Below are positions 9,356-19,212 of a stretch of 64,000 bases of DNA, in pieces. The DNA lies in assembly GCA_964408285.1 (NCBI GenBank), contig CAYOYV010000003.1, positions 96,001-160,000 on the forward strand, written 5' to 3'. Within the stretch, counting starts at the first letter, position 1; every line of letters starts with the position of its first letter. Source of the stretch: an uncultured Nitrososphaerota archaeon. Lineage in GTDB: Archaea; Thermoproteota; EX4484-205; JAAOZO01. A program made the translations under genes and the position numbers. The notes beneath the pieces are model-generated. The model made no database searches, was not told the DNA's origin, and saw only the letters and a list, made by a program, of their open reading frames with translations.

Positions 9356-10684
9356 ATGGGAAACGTCCGTGAGGAGTGGGCTAAGATTGTACTCCTATTG
9401 GCTATTCCAGCGGTTGTCACAACTTTGGTGTTGGCCGAGGCCAGCCGGGGCATCAATTCATCGACATCGTTTGAGCAGTCCTTCCTTAATGTCACTGTGT
9501 ACCAGGTGAACGTCGCATACGTTGTTTCAAAGCTCAAAGTGAATTTCGTCAACAACACTGCAGAAGCGATCTTGCCCGGGACAATGATAGCGGAGACTCT
9601 CAGAGTCATCTCGCCCGAGATGCCGCGTTTCAGGTTCCTCGCAGGGGGGAGTTCCGCATCATTCATCCAGGAGGGAGATACCGTAACTGTAAGGGCTGAT
9701 GGTCAGGTTTTCTCTGGGAAGTATGCTGGAACGCGAGAAGGCTATCTAGTTATTGACATGGGAGGGAACAAGACTGCTATGGTAGCGCTAGCCAAGATCC
9801 TGTCGATTGAGCTGGCTAAGTCGTCGAATATTCCGAAGCCGGTCACTGGAATCAGAGTGAGGTTTGAAGGCCAATATTCAGGACAGGTGGAGCTGACAAT
9901 CGGGTATCTGTCGAGGGGCCTAAGCTGGAGTTCTGGAGCGGAGCTGGAGACTTCAAGCGACATGCTCACCGGGAAAGCGTTTCTTACTAGCTCAGACAAT
10001 TGGACAAGCACCTACGTCACCTTGGTCCTCGGAGAACCCAGAGTTGTATTCTGGGGTCCTATGACATACAAGGACGAGAGAGGGATTGCTCCCAGCTCGA
10101 CATACGCTATTCAATTCACAGGGCCTTACTATAGCTTCAGGCTCAAAGACAGAATCTCAATTTCGGCCGGAGAAGAAGTGGTAGTATCGCTGTTCTCCGG
10201 AAATGTCAAGACAGTGGATTATCATCTGTGGGTTGGATCCGACCCTCGCTATCAGGCTCAATTGGTTTCTGCACTTCTGACGATCAACCTGACGAACACT
10301 CTAGATCAACCTATCCCATCGGGTGTGATTAACTTCTTCTCCGGGTTGGATTGGATCGGCTCTGATTCCAACGCATACATACCCAAGGGATCAACCAGCA
10401 CTTTGACAGTTGGATATTCTCGAGACATAACGATCACGTCGACAATCATGTCGGCGGAGAAAGTGGAGTCATCAATGAGGTATGTAGTGGCCCTTACCTC
10501 CACGAACTATGGAAAGGATAAGGCGACAGTTGTACTGAAGCAGAACCTTCCCTCAGATGCATTCAGGGTATCCGCTTCGCCCGACCCTGTATCGAAAGGA
10601 TTGACATTGGTATGGTCCATTACCCTGGGCCCTCAAGAATCAAGGACGATCACCTTCACCTTCGAGGTTCCGATATATAGGTAG
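9356..10684 (+). CDS. DUF4139/DUF4140-like secreted or membrane-anchored protein
   Basis: N-terminal hydrophobic helix, NVTVYQ..AYV, YLSRGLSW, beta-rich C-terminus (LVWSITLGPQESRTITFTF). Confidence 0.65.
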   Translation: MGNVREEWAKIVLLLAIPAVVTTLVLAEASRGINSSTSFEQSFLNVTVYQVNVAYVVSKLKVNFVNNTAEAILPGTMIAETLRVISPEMPRFRFLAGGSSASFIQEGDTVTVRADGQVFSGKYAGTREGYLVIDMGGNKTAMVALAKILSIELAKSSNIPKPVTGIRVRFEGQYSGQVELTIGYLSRGLSWSSGAELETSSDMLTGKAFLTSSDNWTSTYVTLVLGEPRVVFWGPMTYKDERGIAPSSTYAIQFTGPYYSFRLKDRISISAGEEVVVSLFSGNVKTVDYHLWVGSDPRYQAQLVSALLTINLTNTLDQPIPSGVINFFSGLDWIGSDSNAYIPKGSTSTLTVGYSRDITITSTIMSAEKVESSMRYVVALTSTNYGKDKATVVLKQNLPSDAFRVSASPDPVSKGLTLVWSITLGPQESRTITFTFEVPIYR

Positions 10685-10762
10685 CCGCCAAATCCATCTC
10701 GGGCAAGGCTGGCTTTATGATAGAGTTATAATCGGCTATGGACCGCTCTACGAAGTCGATCT

Positions 10763-13009
10763 ATGAGGGAATCGAGAAGGCTGGTAGTTAGGGGGCTGGT
10801 CCAAGGGGTCGGATTCAGACCCTTTGTCTTCAGACTGGCAGATTGCCTTCATCTCAAAGGGCAGGTTGCCAATAGCGGCAAAGGCGTTGAGATATTGCTG
10901 GAGGGGGAGACAGCTGATATACGGGAATTCCTGAAGAGGATGAAACAAAGGCCTCCCCCCAGATCGATAATAGAGAGCATCGTAGTTGAAAGGATCGAGC
11001 CAACAGGATTTACCGCTTTCACCGTCATACCAAGCACAGTTGAAGGACTGGAAACGACTCCGCCGCCCGACCTTGCCCTCTGCGATGATTGCAGAAGAGA
11101 GTTATTCGACGAGCGGGATCGAAGAAGAGGCCATCCTTTGATAAGCTGCATGAATTGCGGCCCAAGGTTCTCGATTCTCCTCTCAATGCCATATGATAGG
11201 TCAAGAACCACCATGAAGCACTTTCAGCTATGTCCTTCCTGCGAAGGCGAATATTCGGATCCATCCAATAGGAGATTCCATGCCGAGCCGATTTCATGTT
11301 GGGAATGCGGACCAAGAGTCTGGTTCATGAAGAATGGAAAGAAGGTCAATGAGGGAAATCCAATCCTCTTGGCAGCGGCAGAGATAGACAGGGGAAAGAC
11401 AGTTGCGGTCAAAGGGATCGGCGGATTCCATCTTGCGGCCGATGCAACTAATGAAGAAACCATCAAGCAACTCAGGAGCAAGAAGCAAAGGCATCGCAAG
11501 CCATTCGCGATCATGGCAAGGGACATGGCGGCAATAGAATCCATAGCGCTTGTGAATCCTGAGGAGGAGAGGCTCCTCAGATCTGCGATTTCGCCAATAT
11601 TACTACTGAAGAAGAAAGCTACATCCACGATAGCTGAATCTGTCGCGCCGATGCTTGACGAATTCGGAATCATGCTGCCATACACAGCGATTCACAACCT
11701 TCTGCTGGAGAGGACGAATTCCAGATTCTTGGTGATGACGAGTGGAAATCCGAAGGATGAGATAATCATCCATGACAACCGGACTGCTCTGGAGAGACTC
11801 TCGGGTCTTGCCGACTCTTTTCTATTGCATGATCGCCGGATAAGGAATTTCGCAGATGACTCCGTGGTCAGAGTAATAAACAATGGCATGGTGTTAATCA
11901 GGAGATCTCGCGGATTCGTCCCCATGCCAATGGAATCCCCGGTTGACGTAGACGGCGTCCTTGCAGTTGGAGGAGATCTCAAGAATGCATTCGCGATTGG
12001 AAAGGGAAAAAGGATTTTCATAAGTCAACACATCGGTGATCTTGATTCAGCTTCTACGAGAGAGGAATTCATCCGATATATTCGTAGCTTCTCGAATATG
12101 TTGGATTTTGATCCGGACCTTGTAGCACATGACATGCACCCCGGCTATGTCTCGACCATGATAGCTGAATCCAGATGGAAGAGTAGGTTAGGTGTACAGC
12201 ATCACCATGCTCATCTTGTTTCCGCTTTGGCCTCAAACTCTTCGTCTGAGGAGTCCCTGGGCCTGGCCTGTGATGGGACGGGCTATGGGGCGGAAGGTGA
12301 GTCATGGGGATTCGAGCTGCTTAGGTTTGATCTATCCGGATATGACAGAATCGGGCATCTGAGGCAATTCCAGCTTCCTGGCGGGGATTCAGCCGTTCTG
12401 GATCCACGTAGGACCGCCTTCTCTGTGTTGTTGGATTCGATCGGAAGCGAAGCTTATGGCATTGAGCTCGGCCTCTCAAGGTCGTTTGAGGAGGATTTGG
12501 CGGAAATGATGGCAAGCCAGATCAATAGCCCTTCTGTCTCAAGCTGTGGAAGGCTTTTTGATGCGATCTCCGCGATACTCGGAATATGCAACGGTTCTTC
12601 GTATGAAGGGGAACCAGCGGCAGAACTCGAAGCGATTTCTGATTCTGAAGAAACCGATTCCTATCCCTTCGAAATAGTTGCTGATGGCACTATTACGCTC
12701 GACTATAGACCGATTGTAGGGGCTATGCTCCAGGATCTCAAGCAAGGCATGAGAAAAGAGAGAATAGCTGGGAAGTTCCATAACTCACTGTGTGAGGGAA
12801 TGGCAGGAATGCTAGAACAAGCTTCCTCAAGTGAGGGACTGAGCAACATTGTGCTCAGTGGGGGTTGTTTCGTGAACAGAACACTGCTGACAAAGCTAAC
12901 GAAGATGCTGGTTGCGAATGACATGCGAGTCTACACCTCAAGGGCTGTTCCTCCAAACGATGGCGGTCTCTCGTTTGGCCAAGCACTCGTGGCAGGCAAG
13001 ACGAGGTGA
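10763..13009 (+). CDS. hypF: Carbamoyltransferase HypF
   Basis: GLVQGVGFRPF, CxxC zinc fingers, KGIGGFHL, HDMHP, QHHHAH, NDGGLSFGQ. Confidence 0.97.
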   Translation: MRESRRLVVRGLVQGVGFRPFVFRLADCLHLKGQVANSGKGVEILLEGETADIREFLKRMKQRPPPRSIIESIVVERIEPTGFTAFTVIPSTVEGLETTPPPDLALCDDCRRELFDERDRRRGHPLISCMNCGPRFSILLSMPYDRSRTTMKHFQLCPSCEGEYSDPSNRRFHAEPISCWECGPRVWFMKNGKKVNEGNPILLAAAEIDRGKTVAVKGIGGFHLAADATNEETIKQLRSKKQRHRKPFAIMARDMAAIESIALVNPEEERLLRSAISPILLLKKKATSTIAESVAPMLDEFGIMLPYTAIHNLLLERTNSRFLVMTSGNPKDEIIIHDNRTALERLSGLADSFLLHDRRIRNFADDSVVRVINNGMVLIRRSRGFVPMPMESPVDVDGVLAVGGDLKNAFAIGKGKRIFISQHIGDLDSASTREEFIRYIRSFSNMLDFDPDLVAHDMHPGYVSTMIAESRWKSRLGVQHHHAHLVSALASNSSSEESLGLACDGTGYGAEGESWGFELLRFDLSGYDRIGHLRQFQLPGGDSAVLDPRRTAFSVLLDSIGSEAYGIELGLSRSFEEDLAEMMASQINSPSVSSCGRLFDAISAILGICNGSSYEGEPAAELEAISDSEETDSYPFEIVADGTITLDYRPIVGAMLQDLKQGMRKERIAGKFHNSLCEGMAGMLEQASSSEGLSNIVLSGGCFVNRTLLTKLTKMLVANDMRVYTSRAVPPNDGGLSFGQALVAGKTR

Positions 13010-13015
13010 ATCGGC

Positions 13016-13231
13016 ATGTGTCTAGGAATCCCGGGCATCATCGAGTCGATAGAAGGGGAAGAAGCGATGGTCGACTTCGGCGGGGCAAAGAGGAGAGTCA
13101 GGATTGACTTCATTGATCAACCAAGGATCGGGGATCACGTAATAGTGCACGCAGGATTCGCAATTCAGAAGTTGGCAGAGGAGGATCTCTCGTTGATTAT
13201 GACCACTATAGAAGCTCTGGGTGAAAGCTAG
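13016..13231 (+). CDS. hypC: Hydrogenase maturation chaperone HypC
   Basis: MCLGIPG, GDHVIVHAGFAI. Confidence 0.96.
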   Translation: MCLGIPGIIESIEGEEAMVDFGGAKRRVRIDFIDQPRIGDHVIVHAGFAIQKLAEEDLSLIMTTIEALGES

Positions 13232-14300
13232 GGCCTTGACAATTGGTCCCTCGAACAGGAGAATCGCTCAGAGACTGTTATCCCTGATCTCAGATTTGAA
13301 ACCCGAGGGTATCCAATTCATGGAGGTCTGTGGAACCCATACTGTCTCGCTTTCGAGATTCGGGATAAGAGCATTGCTGCCAAAAGGCATGAGAATTGTC
13401 TCAGGGCCAGGCTGTCCCGTGTGCGTAACCACCAATTCTGATATCTCAAAGGCATTCCAAGTTGCCAGCCGGGAAAGGTATGGCCTGGCTACCTTCGGGG
13501 ACATGATGAGAGTCCCATTGGGCGGAGTGACTTTGTTTGACCTGAAAGCAAAAGGAGGAGATGTCCGAATAGTCTACTCTCCGATGGAAGCTTTGCATTT
13601 AGCCAGGACAAAGGAAGTGGTCTTCCTAGGAGTCGGTTTTGAGACGACGAGTCCGGCAATCGCGAGCTTGCTGGATCAGGCGAGAAATCAGATGATCTCC
13701 AATATCTCATTGCTCTCATTCTTCAAGCTGATACCGCCAGCTCTCAGGGCCCTTCTCGATAATGGTGAAAGCAAGCTAGACGGATTCCTCTTGCCCGGTC
13801 ATGTCAGCACCATCATAGGAATGCAGCCGTACGAATTCATCGTCAAGGAGTATGGAATACCCTGCGCAATTGCCGGGTTTGAGCCCGTCGACATTCTATT
13901 GGCGATCTATGCATTGGCCAAGATGAGGGCCGCCAAGAGACCCGCTCTCGTCAACACATACACGAGAAGTGTGAGGAAAGAGGGGAATAGAAGAGCCTTG
14001 GAACTGCTGGAAAAGTACTTTCAGCCGGTTGGGGTTAATTGGAGAGGTCTAGGCTTTATCCCCCAAAGCGGACTGAAGCTGAGGCCTGAATATCAAGACA
14101 TGAACGCGGAAACAAGATTCGAATTCAAACAGATCGAAATACCTGAACCAACAGGTTGCAGATGCTCTGATGTAATAAAGGGGGCGATCTTGCCCAATGA
14201 GTGCCTTCTTTTCAGAAGGTCATGTAAGCCCGAGTCTCCGATCGGACCCTGCATGGTAAGCTCAGAAGGAGCCTGCGCCGCCTTCTACAGTTACGGGTGA
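13221..14300 (+). CDS. hypD: Hydrogenase maturation protein HypD
   Basis: MEVCGTHT, GPGCPVC, GFETT, PGHVS, GPCMVSSEGAC. Confidence 0.97.
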   Translation: MKARALTIGPSNRRIAQRLLSLISDLKPEGIQFMEVCGTHTVSLSRFGIRALLPKGMRIVSGPGCPVCVTTNSDISKAFQVASRERYGLATFGDMMRVPLGGVTLFDLKAKGGDVRIVYSPMEALHLARTKEVVFLGVGFETTSPAIASLLDQARNQMISNISLLSFFKLIPPALRALLDNGESKLDGFLLPGHVSTIIGMQPYEFIVKEYGIPCAIAGFEPVDILLAIYALAKMRAAKRPALVNTYTRSVRKEGNRRALELLEKYFQPVGVNWRGLGFIPQSGLKLRPEYQDMNAETRFEFKQIEIPEPTGCRCSDVIKGAILPNECLLFRRSCKPESPIGPCMVSSEGACAAFYSYG

Positions 14301-14304
14301 TGGG

Positions 14305-15312
14305 ATGTCTCATATCAATCTGGAACATGGTGCCGGGGGAAAACTAAGTCACGATTTGGTCAGGTCGATATTCCTCAGAAGCTACGGTGGGCCATTGTTC
14401 AGAAAGGCAGGAGACAAGGCAGTTGTGTCGATAGCCGGAAAGAAAATTGCCTTCACGACAGATGCGTTTGTTATGTCGCCAATGGACGTGCCTGGATGCT
14501 CTCTTGGAGCTCTATGCGTCACTGGCACAATAAACGACTTGCTCACTTGCGGGGCACGCCCCCTTTTCATGTCGGTTTCTTTCATACTGGAGGAAGGTTT
14601 CCAGATGGACAGATTGGTTGCGATATCGAAGGACATTGCCCGAGCAGCTCACCTTTCTGGAGTGGCAGTTGTCACCGGGGATACTAAGGTTGTGGAAAGA
14701 CACAAAGCGGACGGCGCATACATTACAGCTTCTGGAATAGGAGAGGTGATCGAAGGTGTCAATGTATCTGGCTCTAACGCGAAAGTTGGAGATCATGTCA
14801 TAGTGACGGGGGACATCGGGAATCATGGTGTGGCGACTATGCTGGCAAGGGGAGAATTCAATATTGCAGCAAGGACCAAGAGTGACTGTCGGTCGTTGGC
14901 AGATCTGATCCTGCCGATGCTAGAGAATTTCAAGAACAGAGTCCATGCTTTGAGGGATCCAACTAGAGGAGGCATATCGACGACCCTGAACGAAATAGCT
15001 TTGGAATCTAATGTCGGAATTGAGGTCGACGAGTCAGAGCTGCCGATAGCGAAGCCGACAAGAACCGCATGCGAACTGCTGGGAATAGATCCCCTCTTCA
15101 TGGCCAACGAGGGTATAATGGTGCTTGTCATTGATCCTTCCAGCTCTGAGAGAGCGGCGGAGTTACTGAGGCGGAGAAGATTCGGGCATCGCTCGGCAGT
15201 GATAGGGCGTGTTGTCAGGAATCACAGAGGCAAGGTCAAGATGAGGACCCTCATCGGCGGTGAGCGATATCTAGAGATGCTTCGAGGAGTCTCCCTGCCC
15301 AGGATTTGCTGA
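14305..15312 (+). CDS. hypE: Carbamoyl dehydratase HypE
   Basis: HGAGG, GTINDL, TGDTKVV, RDPTRGG, C-terminal PRIC. Confidence 0.97.
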   Translation: MSHINLEHGAGGKLSHDLVRSIFLRSYGGPLFRKAGDKAVVSIAGKKIAFTTDAFVMSPMDVPGCSLGALCVTGTINDLLTCGARPLFMSVSFILEEGFQMDRLVAISKDIARAAHLSGVAVVTGDTKVVERHKADGAYITASGIGEVIEGVNVSGSNAKVGDHVIVTGDIGNHGVATMLARGEFNIAARTKSDCRSLADLILPMLENFKNRVHALRDPTRGGISTTLNEIALESNVGIEVDESELPIAKPTRTACELLGIDPLFMANEGIMVLVIDPSSSERAAELLRRRRFGHRSAVIGRVVRNHRGKVKMRTLIGGERYLEMLRGVSLPRIC

Positions 15313-15326
15313 CCCGAGTGGATTCC

Positions 15327-16157
15327 CTATCCAAGCAGTTTCAGTGCGTCCTCTGCACTGGCGTCGTTGTGGACTATCGCAACTATTGCTTTCATCATTT
15401 CAGTTGGCTTCTCACTCTGGAAGACATTCCTGCCTACAACCACGCCTGCGGCGCCTGCGTCCATAACGGCCTTGACGACCGCGAGGAAGTCCGCTGGGTT
15501 GTCCGCCTTTGCCCCGCCTGACATTAGAACAGGCACCGGAGTGGCCTTGACGACCTCTGCGAATGTTTCTCTAGACCCCGTATAGTAGGTTTTGACCAAG
15601 TCGGCCCCGACTTCGGCGGCAGAGCGAGAAGCATATCTTACGATTTCCATGTCTTCCTTCTTCTGCATGTGCGCTCCCCTCGGATAGGCCAGGTTTAACA
15701 AGGGCATTCCATATACTTCACATTCGGCCGCAATCGCCGTGAAATTCGCGAGCATCTTGGCTTCCTCAGCCGATCCCCAATAGATTGTTGCAGCAACACC
15801 ATCCGCTCCTAAGGCTAGGGCATCCTTGACGGTGCCTATTGGATCCTGAGTGTATTGGCTCTCTGAAGGTCGAAGGTTGGTCTTTCCCGTTAGCTTGATT
15901 ATGATTGGAACTCTGTTCGCCCACACGTCCCAAGTCAGGCGGGCCAAGCCCCTCGGAATCATTATGGCATCAACTCTTCCTTTGACGACTCTCTCCAAAA
16001 TTGCCCTTGGATCGAGATGCTGCCGAGGAAAATCCTTCGGCCCATGTTCAATACCATGGTCCATCGCGAGTATGACCGCTCTTCCTTTCCCGCCACCCAA
16101 TATTCTCTGAAGCCTGATATTCTTCCCGACTGCCGACGCAGTGTAGACTGGTTTCAT
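15327..16157 (-). CDS. fba: Archaeal-type class IA fructose-1,6-bisphosphate aldolase (DhnA family)
   Basis: AMDHGIEHGP, YPRG, GADLVKTYY (Schiff-base Lys), SGG, GRNVFQ. Confidence 0.85.
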   Translation of the reverse strand: MKPVYTASAVGKNIRLQRILGGGKGRAVILAMDHGIEHGPKDFPRQHLDPRAILERVVKGRVDAIMIPRGLARLTWDVWANRVPIIIKLTGKTNLRPSESQYTQDPIGTVKDALALGADGVAATIYWGSAEEAKMLANFTAIAAECEVYGMPLLNLAYPRGAHMQKKEDMEIVRYASRSAAEVGADLVKTYYTGSRETFAEVVKATPVPVLMSGGAKADNPADFLAVVKAVMDAGAAGVVVGRNVFQSEKPTEMMKAIVAIVHNDASAEDALKLLG

Positions 16158-16453
16158 CTATTTGTACCTCGTTGTCGAATCGATTCAGTAGATATAAAGG
16201 ATTGTTGCCCCAATACAGTTGATCCCTCGCCAATGAATGATCCTTTTTGATCTAGATGAAATCAGTGACTCGATCGAGGATGTGAACCGCATGTGGGGCA
16301 TCCCGAGACACAAAAGGTCCCGGGCTTACTCTGTCTTAGTTGCCCGGAGTTGTGACTACACCCACTGGCAATCATATGGCCTAGTTGCTCTCGCGGAGCC
16401 TCATTAGTGTCCTGACGGTAATATTATAAAACGGACTCATCTGGACACAATCG

Positions 16454-17083
16454 ATGGAGAAGATCAGGGGCGATCAAGGAGCATTGATCGTCAAAGCAGC
16501 TCGCAAGGCGATAGTCGATTATTTCAGAACTGGCACTGTCTCAATTGCTGATCTCCCTGATGGATTGGATTTTGAATGCGGAGTATTCGTTACCCTGAAG
16601 AAGCATTCTGCCAGGGGCGAGAAGCTCAGAGGCTGCATAGGGTATCCTGAACCAATATACCGCCTCTCCAGGGGGCTGTCCAAATCAAGCGTGTCGGCAG
16701 CGGTGTCCGATCCGAGGTTCTCACCTGTTCAAGAGACGGAGTTAGAAGGACTGATAGTCGAGGTGACCCTTCTCTCGAAGCCTGAGGAGGTGAGCCATAT
16801 CGACCGAAGTCAACTACCTTCTCTAATCGATATTGGAAAGCATGGCCTCATCATAGAGAAGGGAATTCACAAGGGTCTCCTCCTGCCACAAGTGCCGGTC
16901 GAGGAAGAGTGGGATCCGGAGGAATTTCTCTCCTATTGCTGCCTGAAGGCGGGACTCCCTCCGGACGAATGGCTCGACAGGGGAACGAGCGTCTTCGTCT
17001 TCACCGGTAGAGTGTTCAGGGAATTGGAGCCCAAGGGAGAGATCGTGGAGGAATTCCTCAAGTCCAAGACCGGCAAAAGGTAG
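16454..17083 (+). CDS. AMMECR1 family protein (TIGR00296)
   Basis: GVFVTL, LRGCIG, DPRF, GLLLPQV, CLKAGL. Confidence 0.93.
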   Translation: MEKIRGDQGALIVKAARKAIVDYFRTGTVSIADLPDGLDFECGVFVTLKKHSARGEKLRGCIGYPEPIYRLSRGLSKSSVSAAVSDPRFSPVQETELEGLIVEVTLLSKPEEVSHIDRSQLPSLIDIGKHGLIIEKGIHKGLLLPQVPVEEEWDPEEFLSYCCLKAGLPPDEWLDRGTSVFVFTGRVFRELEPKGEIVEEFLKSKTGKR

Positions 17084-17251
17084 TTTCCAATGAGGAAATG
17101 GATCTCTGTGACCGGGTTTCACCTTCCAGGTAGCATAGCCAATCCGGTGGCAGATTCAGGGCAACCGCTGTTCAGTCTCTGGTTGGAATCTCCATACGAA
17201 TCGTACGCTTCCCTTAATAGGCAATTCCGCACATTAATTGCTGGAAGTCAA

Positions 17252-17914
17252 ATGCGTGGTTTCACAAGACAAAAGGGGCTCGGTCTGCTTACCCTTGCGT
17301 TAGTGGCAGCTGTGCTAGTGGGCGCTTCGAGCTATTGCCTGCTTGGAGTTAATGCGGATTCAGATAGCGAACTGGAGATCGGGGAGAAGTTCACTGTGAG
17401 CGGCAGAGGTTTTGCGTGGACCAAGAGTGATGGGCAGATCTTGAGATCGACTTCAACGATAGAACTCGAGGCCAGAATCACTGATTTGGAAGTGGAGGAA
17501 ACCACTCTGAAGGAATGGTACAATGGGCTTCCAGAGCAAGCCAAAGAGAAGGTGATCGCGCGTCTCAAGGGGATTGCGACAAGGATTGCTGAAAAGTGGA
17601 ATCTGGATCCGGAGGAGGTCCTGCAGAAGCTTCTCGTGAGACTAGCTGAGAAGAAGATAGTAGTCTACAAGGTGAGCTTTGAAGTGAAGAACGGACACAT
17701 CACGATTGGGGAGGAACGGTTCCCCATCACCTCAGGCACTGGAACCTATGTTCGAGTAGGGCGAAGGTATTGGGCGTTCAAGATGGCATTAGAAGCCTCA
17801 GGGCAGGGAGGAAAGAAGAGCATCAACCTAGCTGGCTGCATGTCTTACGCAAAAGGCAGAATCATAGGCGAAAGCCTGCGATACGTACTAGGTTACAAGC
17901 TAACGATTGGGTAA
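17252..17914 (+). CDS. Hypothetical secreted protein (beta-rich with helical insertion)
   Basis: Signal-peptide-like MRGFTRQKGLGLLTLALVAAVLVGASS; start chosen after AT-rich promoter-like sequence (ORF open from 17090). Confidence 0.6.
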   Translation: MRGFTRQKGLGLLTLALVAAVLVGASSYCLLGVNADSDSELEIGEKFTVSGRGFAWTKSDGQILRSTSTIELEARITDLEVEETTLKEWYNGLPEQAKEKVIARLKGIATRIAEKWNLDPEEVLQKLLVRLAEKKIVVYKVSFEVKNGHITIGEERFPITSGTGTYVRVGRRYWAFKMALEASGQGGKKSINLAGCMSYAKGRIIGESLRYVLGYKLTIG

Positions 17915-17927
17915 GCCACATATTTTT

Positions 17928-18170
17928 TCATGGTTTTTGCCCCCTCAATCTAGATAGCACGAGCTTCGTTTCGGTCGATTGCACGCCCGGGGCCTCTCTG
18001 ATCTGCCTTATAGCCTGGGTGAGCCCTTCAGTGCTTTCAAAGGTCAGAAGGACCAGTATCTCTCTAGTTTCCAGCAGCATCACATTGTCTACCCCATTGA
18101 TCCGAACTAGTCTCTCAGCCAAGGATTCCGCATTTTTGCCGTTGGACCTGACGAGTATCAGTGCCTGCAA
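17928..18170 (-). CDS. Stand-alone Lrp/AsnC ligand-binding (RAM) domain protein
   Basis: ALILVR...LAERLVRINGV...IREAPGVQSTETKLVL. Confidence 0.75.
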   Translation of the reverse strand: MQALILVRSNGKNAESLAERLVRINGVDNVMLLETREILVLLTFESTEGLTQAIRQIREAPGVQSTETKLVLSRLRGQKP

Positions 18171-18198
18171 CCTTGGATTCCCCCTACTGCTGATCGGC

Positions 18199-18456
18199 TC
18201 ATATCTTCCACTCTTTCAGGACTTTTCTGACATCGAACGAAGACAATCTCGTATCATCGGATAGTCTCTTCCTGAACCATTCCAGTTCACTTTCGGAAAG
18301 TGCGTTGACAATCGCTACGATATCATCGTTGCCAGTAACCATGAAAACATCCGATATGCCTTCTATCTTGCTCAGGGACTCGGCGACCTCTCCGATTCCT
18401 CTTATCTCCTTCGCAAACAGTACAGCAGTAGCGACCAAATCAGAATTCACCATCAA
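18199..18456 (-). CDS. Stand-alone Lrp/AsnC ligand-binding (RAM) domain protein
   Basis: VAESLSKIEGISDVFMVTGNDDIVAIV. Confidence 0.8.
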   Translation of the reverse strand: MMVNSDLVATAVLFAKEIRGIGEVAESLSKIEGISDVFMVTGNDDIVAIVNALSESELEWFRKRLSDDTRLSSFDVRKVLKEWKI

Positions 18457-18744
18457 TCGACTGTGCCAATATAAAGGCTTGTCCGCCCTCTCGACTCAAT
18501 AGAACATAGTGAATTTTTCCAGCGCAAACGCTTCAGGTGCGCAAACATCACAAACTATCAACTAGTGAAGCTGACATTAGACACTGCAGATGTCCAACTT
18601 CACAAGTTGGTGGTATTATGTCGTGCCGCATTGCATCCCAGCCAGTGAGAATCGTTAAGATGCGAGGTGGCAGCCTTTTTCCACTGGGCGTTATGAGATC
18701 GAAATAGCCATTATTGACCTGCTGACCCAGTTCGCGGGTTGTGT

Positions 18745-19152
18745 CTAGTATCTTCTGCCGCGGAAGCGTCCTCTAGGCCTGTAAGCTGCTTCTCCGAAGT
18801 TCTTCTCTGACATGTTGTTTGTCTGACTCACTTCTCCTAGATCAGTCTCAGATTTCGCTATGGACCCATATCTGCCAACATTCAGCCTCATGCTGCCTTT
18901 GAAGAATGAAACATATCCGTTCTTTACCTGAAGCGTAGCACCGGGACTTGCCAGATCAATATTCTCATTCCAGAAGGTCATAAGCACCGTTCCGGTTTCG
19001 TCTCCAACTAGAGCTTCGGCAACTCTATTTGTTTTTCCACTGAACCTGTCCGTGACTTCTCTGCTTTCAGATAGGCTCACGACCTTAACAGTTATGTCGA
19101 CATTTCTTGCGTCAGGACCTAGTTCCGCAACCTTGAATCGCTTCGTTTCCAA
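18745..19152 (-). CDS. ssb: Single-stranded DNA-binding protein, single OB fold (TACK type)
   Basis: NVDITVKVV, VGDETG..MTFW, NGYVSFFKG.MRLNVGRYG, basic RG-rich tail. Confidence 0.9.
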   Translation of the reverse strand: METKRFKVAELGPDARNVDITVKVVSLSESREVTDRFSGKTNRVAEALVGDETGTVLMTFWNENIDLASPGATLQVKNGYVSFFKGSMRLNVGRYGSIAKSETDLGEVSQTNNMSEKNFGEAAYRPRGRFRGRRY

Positions 19153-19212
19153 TATCCCTTTACCTCGTTCTGCCCTGAAATCTCCGGTTTATAATCCTAT
19201 TGTCCCATCCAC

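Noticed and set aside
10763-15312. hypFCDE without hypAB or hydrogenase structural genes
   Set aside because: Dispersed hyp genes are common in archaea, and the others are probably outside the window.
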